DNA from: Candidatus Omnitrophota bacterium
Lineage (GTDB): Bacteria; Omnitrophota; Gorgyraeia; B26-G9
Assembly: GCA_043806135.1 (NCBI GenBank)
Contig: JAZDHG010000073.1
Location: 1-63,177, forward strand
Direction of reading: 5' to 3'
Length of the DNA: 63,177 bases
The notes beneath the pieces were generated by a model. It had not been told where the DNA came from, ran no database searches, and worked only from the letters and a program-made list of their open reading frames with translations. Below, piece by piece: positions 18,588-27,315 of the stretch (its first letter is position 1; each line of letters begins with the position of its first letter). The position numbers and the translations under genes are program-made.

Positions 18588-20381
18588 ATGAAAAGATTTT
18601 TTTCTTCGGGATCATTATTTAGTTTGATGGTTACCATTGTCATGGTGTATTATGGCACGGCAGTATGTGCCGAGCAGGCGTATGCCTCGCTGGCTATTGC
18701 TCCTGATTCACCGATGAATACCCTGGCCGGGATACAGAAGAAGATCACACTTGATCTGCGCGATATTGAAGTGAAAGATGCGTTGAAATTTTTAGCTGAA
18801 AAGGCCAATTTGAATATTGTCCCGACTAATGCTGTCTCAGGCCGGGTGACCTTAATGATCCACGAAGCTCCGGTTGCGGCGGTCTTTGAAATAGTCATAC
18901 GTTCTAATAACCTTGCATATGAGAAGATAGGCGATATATATAACGTTATGACAGAGAAGGAATATAGCGAGCGTTATGGTAAGAAATTCGATGATGTAAG
19001 GAAGGTAAAGGTTCTTCATCTTAAATATATAGCTCCTGATCAGGCAATCAAGGTTATTGATTCTGTGAAAAGTTCTATCGGTAAGGTATTGGTTGACAGT
19101 GATGCGGGAACACTGATGATTTTGGATACTCCGGAAAAAATAGAGGAGATCACAGCTACAATTGAAAAACTTGAAAGAAAAAGTACTGTCCGAATTTTTA
19201 ACCTTCGCTACGCAAAAGCAAAGGACGTAACAAGGCAGCTTAAATCACAGCTTGAAAACAAGAAAGTCGGTACGATACGGGCGGATACCCGTACTAATCA
19301 GGTTATTGTAGAAACACTTCCGGAAAGAATGGATGATATAGAAAAGATCATTCTAAGTCTGGATCAAAAAACAAAGCAGGTTATGATCGATGCAAGGATA
19401 ATCCAGGTTAAGCTTAATGATAATCTTAGTGCAGGCGTAGAGTGGGAAGGATTATTTGATTTGTCAAAAGGAAAAGGAACGACATATATGGGGTCCTACC
19501 CGCTGAGTTCGGTTTCATCCAGCAATTCGGCGTGGAGGTCACGACAGGAAGTAGTTGATGATACGGGATATATAGGATCATATCCTTTTAGCGGAACAAC
19601 ATCGAATTTTTCCGGAGGAACAAACAAAATCGGGACAGAGGCAATACATATTGGCGTAGTGGGTAAAAATGATTTCGATGTGATGATAAATTATTTAAAA
19701 ACACTGGGCGATGTTAAGATCTTGTCAAATCCTAAATTATCAGTTACTAATAATCAGGAAGCACGTATCCATGTCGGAGAGAGGCAGGCCTATATAACTA
19801 CAACAACAACAGCAGGCCAGACAACAACGACCGTTTCTGAGCAGGTAACGTTTATGGATGTAGGGCTGCAATTATTCATAACACCGACAATAAACGATAA
19901 AGGTTATGTGACTTTAAGCATAAAGCCGGATATCAGCAGCGTTGTCGGCTCATTAGTTACCTCACAAAATAATAAAATACCGATAATAGATACATCAACC
20001 GCCGAGACAACAGTTATGGTCAAGGACGGCTCGACTGTTGTTATCGGAGGATTGCGCAGGGAGGAAAATTCGTTGGATTCAAAGGGGGTTCCGATCCTAG
20101 GCAGTATTCCGTTTCTAGGGGCATTATTTAAATCAGAAGATAAGCGTACGATGCGTAATGAACTGTTGATCGTGGTAACCGCGCATATTATTGAAGGCGA
20201 TGAAATAGTCACAGGCAAGCAGATAGAAACTCAGGAATACCAGAATTATCAGCCGATGACAACTGAATCTGATCTGACCGCTTATGGCGAAAAACAGGAA
20301 GAAAAGAGCTATCAAACGTATCCCGAGCTTAAAATGGAAGAGATATATTATCCACAACTTAAACCTTTTAGAGATGAATGA
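18588..20381 (+). CDS. Secretin (GspD/PilQ/MshL superfamily), paralog 2
   Basis: It is colinear with paralog 1 (LDLRDIEVKDALKFLAEKANLNIV; ILSNPKLSVTNNQEARIHVG; VPILGSIPFLGALFK). Confidence 0.9.
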   Translation: MKRFFSSGSLFSLMVTIVMVYYGTAVCAEQAYASLAIAPDSPMNTLAGIQKKITLDLRDIEVKDALKFLAEKANLNIVPTNAVSGRVTLMIHEAPVAAVFEIVIRSNNLAYEKIGDIYNVMTEKEYSERYGKKFDDVRKVKVLHLKYIAPDQAIKVIDSVKSSIGKVLVDSDAGTLMILDTPEKIEEITATIEKLERKSTVRIFNLRYAKAKDVTRQLKSQLENKKVGTIRADTRTNQVIVETLPERMDDIEKIILSLDQKTKQVMIDARIIQVKLNDNLSAGVEWEGLFDLSKGKGTTYMGSYPLSSVSSSNSAWRSRQEVVDDTGYIGSYPFSGTTSNFSGGTNKIGTEAIHIGVVGKNDFDVMINYLKTLGDVKILSNPKLSVTNNQEARIHVGERQAYITTTTTAGQTTTTVSEQVTFMDVGLQLFITPTINDKGYVTLSIKPDISSVVGSLVTSQNNKIPIIDTSTAETTVMVKDGSTVVIGGLRREENSLDSKGVPILGSIPFLGALFKSEDKRTMRNELLIVVTAHIIEGDEIVTGKQIETQEYQNYQPMTTESDLTAYGEKQEEKSYQTYPELKMEEIYYPQLKPFRDE

Positions 20382-20382
20382 T

Positions 20383-21354
20383 ATGAAAGCAATTAAATTA
20401 ATAATTACGATCCTGATCATCTTGTCTTATCCTGTTGCGGGTTTCGCCGAGACACAGGAAGAGTATAATAAACTTAGCTCGGAATATAAAAAATTAGAGC
20501 AGGAAATGACAGCTGTCGTACAGGACAGGGATAATCTGCGCAAGCAGGCGCAATTTCTTCTTAAATATAAACAGGAAATAGTAACGGCACAGCAGGCAAT
20601 GCTGGATATTGAGCAGGAACGCAGCCGATGGGAGCTTGAAAGGGAAACGCTTAAAGCTGTTAATAAAAAGCTGGAAGGACAGCTCAAACTGCTTGAGGCT
20701 CAGGTGGGCAATCTGGGCATTACACAAATGCAGATTGAGGAAGAACGCGATAATATCAAAAAAACTTTGTCAAAAAGTAAGGCGGGGTATATAATCGTAG
20801 ATGATCTGAAAAGGCAAATAAACGATCATATAAAAGAAAATTCCCGTTTAATGAGTGAAATGGACAGGCTTAAGAAAAAGCAAGATGACCTGGGGAATGA
20901 GCTTGTGAAAGCTGAAACTGTTACGGATGTCACAAAAGATCAGGTTCAGGAGCTAAAACGAAAGTACAGCGATGCTGTGCGAACAAATAAGATTTTAGAA
21001 AAAAAATTAGAGCAGCTGCCTAAAGAATACGCGGAAATAGCCAGGGAAAATAAAGTTCTGCTTAAACGCACCGCTCTCATGCACTATAATTTGGGGGTTT
21101 TTTATACAAAAAACAAAGAATATCCAAGGGCTATTGCAGAATTTGAGAAGACTATAGAGCTTAATCCGGAAGATGCTTTAGCTTATTTTAATCTCGGTTT
21201 TATATACGCGGAGCATTTTGAGGACAGGCCAAAAGCTATCGAGAGATTTGAACAGTATTTAAAGCTGGCTAAAAAAGACGATAAGGACATTGACTGGGTG
21301 AAACGCTATATCCTGACATGGCAGACCTGGGAAGGAAAAACAAAAACAAAATAA
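20383..21354 (+). CDS. Signal-peptide coiled-coil protein with the same C-terminal TPR cap (323 aa)
   Basis: The ATG lies 1 nt after the secretin-2 stop. It has a signal peptide (MKAIKLIITILIILSYPVAGFA), a coiled coil, and the TPR cap HYNLGVFYTKNKEY..YFNLGFIY. Confidence 0.8.
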   Translation: MKAIKLIITILIILSYPVAGFAETQEEYNKLSSEYKKLEQEMTAVVQDRDNLRKQAQFLLKYKQEIVTAQQAMLDIEQERSRWELERETLKAVNKKLEGQLKLLEAQVGNLGITQMQIEEERDNIKKTLSKSKAGYIIVDDLKRQINDHIKENSRLMSEMDRLKKKQDDLGNELVKAETVTDVTKDQVQELKRKYSDAVRTNKILEKKLEQLPKEYAEIARENKVLLKRTALMHYNLGVFYTKNKEYPRAIAEFEKTIELNPEDALAYFNLGFIYAEHFEDRPKAIERFEQYLKLAKKDDKDIDWVKRYILTWQTWEGKTKTK

Positions 21355-21390
21355 AAAGGTTTTTAAAAATTTTAAATATAAGGAGGCGCA

Positions 21391-22041
21391 ATGGACAGAT
21401 TTATCAGGAGTTTGTGGATACTTTTAATTTTGGCTATGGTTTTTATACAGGACGGATATGCGTTTTGGGGAAGAAAAAAGACAGAAGAACCTACCACTAA
21501 AGCTCAGCAAAAACAAGGGGAAAAAACTGAGGCAGTTAAAGAGAAGGCAGTAGAAAAAGAAGTTAAGAAAGAAATAAAACAAGAAGCAACGCAAGAGGAG
21601 CAAAAAAAATCTCCGGCAAAAGAAGCTGATGGGAAAAAAGAAACAAGCGAAGATAGACAGAAAAAGATAGAAGAAGATAAGATGTTGCGTCAGGAAAAAC
21701 GCAAACAGCTAGACAATACTCAATGGGAGATTGAGATTAAGGCTATCGAGGGGAAAACAAAGGAGCAGACGGACATCCTTGTTTTTGAGGATAACCGTTT
21801 TTATTCCGACCGTTCTTCCAAGGAAGGGTTTAATGCTACAAATTATACTATTAGCATAAAGGACGAGGAAATAGTTATATGGGAAACAATGCAGACTGCT
21901 GAAGAGGGAAAAATCAATTTCTGGCGCGGTGAAATTTCCGATAAAATGACAAGCATGAGAGGGATAACGAGTAAAAAACTTCCTGATGGGACCTCAGTTA
22001 ATTATTCTTTTACCAGTACAAGCAAAAAAGCAATAAAATAG
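21391..22041 (+). CDS. Secreted K/E-rich protein with a globular C-terminal domain (hypothetical)
   Basis: It has a signal-like N-terminus, an ~80-aa K/E/Q-rich linker and a ~110-aa C-terminal domain. No family recognised. Confidence 0.55.
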   Translation: MDRFIRSLWILLILAMVFIQDGYAFWGRKKTEEPTTKAQQKQGEKTEAVKEKAVEKEVKKEIKQEATQEEQKKSPAKEADGKKETSEDRQKKIEEDKMLRQEKRKQLDNTQWEIEIKAIEGKTKEQTDILVFEDNRFYSDRSSKEGFNATNYTISIKDEEIVIWETMQTAEEGKINFWRGEISDKMTSMRGITSKKLPDGTSVNYSFTSTSKKAIK

Positions 22042-22083
22042 AACGGATTGATTCTATACTATGCCGCGGGGAAAGAGGGGAAA

Positions 22084-23217
22084 ATGTTAAAGATTTCCGA
22101 CATTTTAAAAAAAACCAAAAAAAAAGGAGAGGATAAATCATCTCACTCAGCGAAAAAAACAGCTGCCAGGGAAGTTCAGGAAGCAAGTGTGCAAGCAAAT
22201 AAAAACGCCGAGGAAATAAGAAAGGAAGATCTTGTCAAACCGCAGGATAAAGGGAAGTCCCCCCCCTCTATTTCAACTGTTACGGCAATACAATTTAAAA
22301 ATTCTGATAATAAGGAAGCAGTAAATGTTTATAAAGAAGCGATTTCCCTGTCTGAACAGATGGGCGGACTTTCGTCACAAAACTGGGAATCATTTTATAA
22401 AAGTGCAAAAAGAATAATTGATATATTTATTAATATTTTAGGAAGCGATGAAAATGCGCTTTTAAGACTCTTTTTTAGCGACTATTACTCTTCCCAGGGA
22501 TACCTGTACCAGCATTCTGTAAACACATGCATTTTATCTTTGTATATATCCATATCCATCAAGTACAGCCGTGAACAGCTGCATCAAGTTGGGTTGGCTG
22601 CCTTGCTTCATGATATTGGTCTCATTCAATATGATAATTTGATTAGTCAGAATAAACGTTTTGGTAAAAATGAGTATAATGAGATAAGGCAGCATCCGAT
22701 CGCGGGAAGGAAAATCATTGAAAATATCAGCAGCAATATGGACATTGAGATCCTTGAGGTTATATCACAGGAGCATGAACGTCTTGACGGCAGCGGATAT
22801 CCGCATGCTTTAAAAGAAGAAGAAATAAGTGAGAAGGCAAGACTTATAGGACTGGTTGATTCTTATGAATCAATGATGCACATAAGGCCCTATCGTGATA
22901 AGTTCAAAAGCGAAGAGGTGATTAAATTTTTAACACAGCAGAAAGTCAGGTTTGAGTATAAATTCATAAAGGCATTGATAGACCTGATAGGGGTTTTCCC
23001 TATTATGACATCTGTAAAATTAAATACGAGAGAAACCGGCGTGGTTATTAAACAAAACTTTCAAATGCCGCTTAAACCGGTTGTTAATATAACACACAGC
23101 GCTCAAGGTCAAAAAACAGACACGCCTAAGGCCATTGATCTTGCCTCAAATTTTTCGATTTATATTCAGGAAGGCTTTATAAGTCATAAAACAAAAGACG
23201 AGAAAAACAGTGAATAG
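22084..23217 (+). CDS. HD-GYP domain phosphohydrolase (predicted c-di-GMP phosphodiesterase)
   Basis: ALLHDIGL and HERLDGSGYP motifs are present. I prefer the ATG at 22084. Confidence 0.85.
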   Translation: MLKISDILKKTKKKGEDKSSHSAKKTAAREVQEASVQANKNAEEIRKEDLVKPQDKGKSPPSISTVTAIQFKNSDNKEAVNVYKEAISLSEQMGGLSSQNWESFYKSAKRIIDIFINILGSDENALLRLFFSDYYSSQGYLYQHSVNTCILSLYISISIKYSREQLHQVGLAALLHDIGLIQYDNLISQNKRFGKNEYNEIRQHPIAGRKIIENISSNMDIEILEVISQEHERLDGSGYPHALKEEEISEKARLIGLVDSYESMMHIRPYRDKFKSEEVIKFLTQQKVRFEYKFIKALIDLIGVFPIMTSVKLNTRETGVVIKQNFQMPLKPVVNITHSAQGQKTDTPKAIDLASNFSIYIQEGFISHKTKDEKNSE

Positions 23218-24922
23218 ATTCAGCACTATAATAAAAATTATTATATTTCTTTTTCTGGTCGGTGGGTCTGCTTACGCTATTAATCGGCTGGATTTCTTTA
23301 AAAAACAAACAAGTGCTCTTAAAGTCCAGACAACGGAGTTGATCAAGGCAACTGAATATTTAGAGCAAAGTCTTGATGAAGAAAAAAAGGAAAATGCTGC
23401 CAGGGGCGCAAAAGTTAATATTCTTTTGAAGGAACTGGCAGGTTTGCAGGATACTAAAAGAATAAAGGAAGAATTTGCCGAGAGCCAGGAAAAATTACGA
23501 CTTTTAAATAACGATCACTCTGTAGCTAAACAAGAGAACTTAAAGCTTAATCAAATAAATTTATCACTGAATCACAGATTGACAAAACTTACTAATGAGT
23601 TTACGAAAACACTTGAAGACGTAAGCAGGCTTCAGGCACAGGTTAATGAATCGAAAGACGACAAATTTGTTCGCAAATTTGTGCTGCAGCTTGAAAAAAC
23701 AGAAGCAGTATTGCAAAAGCGCGAAGAAGAACTTGAAGTTTTAAAGGGAAAAAATAAAACTCTATCTTTAGAAAACGCAGGCTTCAATAAAGAAAAAAAA
23801 ATGCTTGAACAAAATGTCATGCGTTTGGAAAAAGAAAACAGTAAAATGGAGACGCTAGTTAATAAAATCAGAGATGATTTTAATGAGCAGCAGCGCATGC
23901 AGGCAAAATTAAAGGAAGAGGACAGTAACTTAACGGCAAAGCTTAGAGAAAACGAAATAGAAAGAAATAAGCTTGATCAGCAGATAGGTACTCTGAGCAC
24001 TCAAAAGGAAACTTTTGCAGGAAAGTTAGAATTGCAGAACAAAAAGATTGCAGAGCTGGAGAATGAGCTGCTTGATATTGATAAAAAAGCAAGGCAGATC
24101 AGAAAAATAGAACAGGCAAGGGATGATTTGGCCCTTGAGCTAAAACTGGCACAGGAAAAGGTTAAAGATCAGGAGCAGATAATAGCCAGATTGGAAGCCG
24201 CGCAAAAGGGAATAAGCGTTAATGAGATCCCGCTGGCTAAATCAGCAGTAACTACGGAAATTGAAGGAGATTTAAGCAAGGCATATGCCTTGTATGATAC
24301 AGCAAAAGCGCAAGTGGTAAAATTTTCTGAGATGCTTATGAGCAAAGAAGTTGAAATTGAGACCTCAAAGAAGAGAATAGCTGAACTTGAAGAGGGCTTG
24401 AAGATGCTTCGCTTACAGCCCGAAGCATCAGGTGATAAAAAATATGCAATGCTCTACGATAGAATAAAAATGCTCAACGATTCGCTTTTAGCGAAAGATG
24501 AACTGCTGCAGGAAAAAGAAGCAGAAGTTTCTGCGCTAAAACAGGCGAAGGATACTGTTGAGCAAAGACTTGAGTACCAGGAAAAAGAATATAAAAATGC
24601 TAACATGCTTTACTCGAATCTTAAAGGCCAGCTTTTACAGTCAACAGAGCTTTTGGCGCGCAGAGAGAGCGAAGTAATTGAAAAGAATAAAGAGGTGCTG
24701 AATTTGAAAAGTGAACTTATTCTTGTCCAGGCTGAATATAAGATAAAGGAACAGGAACTGAAGGATTTGAGAATGCAGCAGAACAAAACACTGGAAGATC
24801 TGTCTAGAATTACTAATTTAAATATTAGTTTACAGCAAAATCCCGGGGATTCCTTTTCTCAAGATGAGAGGCAGAATGCGGATAAGCTGAAAAAAGAGTT
24901 AGAAGTGTTATTGGGTAAATAA
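23210..24922 (+). CDS. Membrane-anchored coiled-coil protein (570 aa)
   Basis: The GTG start overlaps the HD-GYP stop. It has an N-terminal TM (IIKIIIFLFLVGGSAYA) and the remainder is heptad-like E/K/L/Q sequence. Confidence 0.7.
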   Translation: MNRFSTIIKIIIFLFLVGGSAYAINRLDFFKKQTSALKVQTTELIKATEYLEQSLDEEKKENAARGAKVNILLKELAGLQDTKRIKEEFAESQEKLRLLNNDHSVAKQENLKLNQINLSLNHRLTKLTNEFTKTLEDVSRLQAQVNESKDDKFVRKFVLQLEKTEAVLQKREEELEVLKGKNKTLSLENAGFNKEKKMLEQNVMRLEKENSKMETLVNKIRDDFNEQQRMQAKLKEEDSNLTAKLRENEIERNKLDQQIGTLSTQKETFAGKLELQNKKIAELENELLDIDKKARQIRKIEQARDDLALELKLAQEKVKDQEQIIARLEAAQKGISVNEIPLAKSAVTTEIEGDLSKAYALYDTAKAQVVKFSEMLMSKEVEIETSKKRIAELEEGLKMLRLQPEASGDKKYAMLYDRIKMLNDSLLAKDELLQEKEAEVSALKQAKDTVEQRLEYQEKEYKNANMLYSNLKGQLLQSTELLARRESEVIEKNKEVLNLKSELILVQAEYKIKEQELKDLRMQQNKTLEDLSRITNLNISLQQNPGDSFSQDERQNADKLKKELEVLLGK

Positions 24923-24944
24923 TTTGTCGGGAGGATAGCATCCA

Positions 24945-27281
24945 ATGTTTAAAAATATTAATAAATGCAGAGGCCTTATTATAGTAGGGATTACCATGAT
25001 CGCCGGTTTCCTTTTTCAAGGCAATGTCAGCGCTCTTGATTATCAGGATTATTTTAAGAAGGGGGAAATGCTTTATGAACAAGGTGAATACGATAAGGCA
25101 CAAGTTGAATTTGAAAAAGCCAGAGACGCTTTGAAGCAGCCGGGAAGTTTTATCCGTACAGAAAAACAGAGTGAAAAGGCAGCGCAAGAATTGAAGGGGC
25201 TGCACGATGAAAATAGAAATCTCGCAAAGGAGATAGAAAAATTAAAAACGGAAAAGGTATTGGTTGAAAAAGACCTGGAAAATACAAGCAGGAAGCTGAA
25301 ACAAAAAAATCAGCCTACAGCCGGTTTAACAGATATGATTAAAAAGCTTGAAAATGCTGTACTAGAACGAGAAAATCAGCTTAGAACTGTTCAGGAATAT
25401 GTAGGGAAAGTAAACCAAGAAAAGGGTAATTTATCAATGGAGATAGCTGCTTTAAAAGAAGAGCTAATAAAACTATATCAGAGAAAGGACGGACCCGAAA
25501 CACCGAAAACCGACAACCAGTTTGTAGAAAATAAAATTTCAAAATTCAAAAATTTGTTTGGTTCTAAAGATACAGTTGGAGAAAAGCCGGGTTTGTCTAT
25601 AAGGGATAAACTTGAGCACTATGAGCTGTTAAAAGAAGAGAATAAGAACTTAAATAATATCCTTATAAGTCAAAAGCAGGAAAGAGATGAATTGGATTCA
25701 AAGAATAAAGATCTTTTAAATGAACTTGAATTATCTCGAAATTCTATTATGCAAAAGGAAAGAGACAAAGAAGTTATTTTGCTGGATGTAGTTTTGCTTG
25801 AGAAAATAAACAGTTCTTTGTCACAGCAAAAGAACAAGCTTGAGTATGCAAAGCCTGATGTAATGGCAAAAGCACAAAAGGACAGAAACAGTGGTGTGCT
25901 TAAACAGAAAGAAGCGGAGATTGAAGAATTAAAAGTACAAATCAAAAAAGCCGATAAAGAATACATGTCTCTTGAAAAGGGAAACAAGGAATTGACTAAA
26001 AAGGCTGATTTTGCTGCTGAGTTGGAAAAAGAAAATGAGAAACTTGAAGATCAGAAGAAAAATATTGAAAAGCAGAAAAAGGATTTAGAAGAAGAAGTCA
26101 AAACAAAAGACAAGATGATCAGTGATTTTCAAAGCCAGCAAAAAAAGGCTGAAAGTGACCTGGCCAGGGCGCAGGCAGAGGCAAAGCAGAGCACAGAAGC
26201 GAACAAAGAGCTGGCAGCATTAAATAAAGAACTGGAGAAGAATAAAGCTCAGCAGCCTAAGAGCCAGGGCATGATCAGCAAGCTGGAGAGTGAGATAGCT
26301 TTATTTGAGGCCCAGATGAAGGATAGAGATAAGCAGGAGAACAGTTTAGAGGCCAAGATAAATGAATATGCGCGGGATATAAAGAATAAAGATGAACTGA
26401 TAAGTGCACTTGAAGCAGAAAAAATAAAAATTAAAGATGAGCTTGTGAAGAATAAGCTTAGCAAGGAAACAGGAGCTGAATTAAAAACAAAAATAGATGA
26501 TCTTGAAATCAAGCTCAAGCAAAAAGAAGAAAATGCCGCTGCATTGACTGATGAGACAGAAGAGGTCAAGAGAGAGAGAAACTCTGCGTCATTGGAGCTG
26601 GTACAGGTACGCAAAGAATTGAAACAGCTTCAAGAACAGCAGGAAAAGGAAAAAACGTCGAAAAAAGACGGGCAGGTAAACAGCCGCTATGAAGCGATTA
26701 AAAAAGAAAATGATGGTCTGAAGGCAGAACTGACTTTTGTAAAAAACGACCTGGAAAAAATAAGTGAAAATAATAAATTGTTAAAACAGGAGAACGCCGG
26801 CTTTCAGAATGAAGTTAAAGCCCTGATGCAAAGCACTGGCGAAGTTAAGAGAGTCGATGAAAAGCTGAAAATGCTTGAGAAGGATATCGCTAATAAGGAA
26901 TTACAGCAGCAGGAATTGCGACAACAGCTTGTTTTAGCAGATGCGCAAAGACAGTCAATTGCTTTAGAGCTGGCAAGTGTGCAAAATAAATATGCGGCTT
27001 TACAGGATGAGGTAGTCGCTCAGGCAGATGTGCCAGGAGATCTATTAGAACAAATCAAGACGGCTCAGGATCAAAAGCTGAGTCTTCAGGAGAAGCTGAA
27101 ACAGGCAGTTGAAGAACTAAAAAGCAGAAGCGAAAAGGGGCTTGCTTTATTGAAAGAGGTTAAAAAACTTGATGCAGATCTGGCTAAAAGCGAAGAAGAA
27201 AAAGTTGTAATGGCTGAAGAAATAGTAGCCTTGAGAGAAGAAAAAGCCAGATTAGAGGAGAAAATAGCGCAATTACAGTGA
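24945..27281 (+). CDS. Signal-anchored coiled-coil protein (778 aa) with one N-terminal TPR-like unit
   Basis: An N-terminal hydrophobic segment is followed by YFKKGEMLYEQGEYDKAQVEFEKA (the same motif as in the Wza-like protein) and ~700 aa of coiled coil. Confidence 0.75.
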   Translation: MFKNINKCRGLIIVGITMIAGFLFQGNVSALDYQDYFKKGEMLYEQGEYDKAQVEFEKARDALKQPGSFIRTEKQSEKAAQELKGLHDENRNLAKEIEKLKTEKVLVEKDLENTSRKLKQKNQPTAGLTDMIKKLENAVLERENQLRTVQEYVGKVNQEKGNLSMEIAALKEELIKLYQRKDGPETPKTDNQFVENKISKFKNLFGSKDTVGEKPGLSIRDKLEHYELLKEENKNLNNILISQKQERDELDSKNKDLLNELELSRNSIMQKERDKEVILLDVVLLEKINSSLSQQKNKLEYAKPDVMAKAQKDRNSGVLKQKEAEIEELKVQIKKADKEYMSLEKGNKELTKKADFAAELEKENEKLEDQKKNIEKQKKDLEEEVKTKDKMISDFQSQQKKAESDLARAQAEAKQSTEANKELAALNKELEKNKAQQPKSQGMISKLESEIALFEAQMKDRDKQENSLEAKINEYARDIKNKDELISALEAEKIKIKDELVKNKLSKETGAELKTKIDDLEIKLKQKEENAAALTDETEEVKRERNSASLELVQVRKELKQLQEQQEKEKTSKKDGQVNSRYEAIKKENDGLKAELTFVKNDLEKISENNKLLKQENAGFQNEVKALMQSTGEVKRVDEKLKMLEKDIANKELQQQELRQQLVLADAQRQSIALELASVQNKYAALQDEVVAQADVPGDLLEQIKTAQDQKLSLQEKLKQAVEELKSRSEKGLALLKEVKKLDADLAKSEEEKVVMAEEIVALREEKARLEEKIAQLQ

Positions 27282-27315
27282 TTCTTTCCTTACTAATTAC
27301 AAGGATAAACAATAA

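Noticed and set aside
20284-20382. Upstream-extended starts from the ORF track (20284, 362, 3108, 22048, 28646, 42567, 49629, 54310).
   Set aside because: The extensions overlap the preceding gene or lack an RBS. Internal ATG or GTG starts give canonical N-termini (signal peptides or family-typical first residues) and tight operon spacing.
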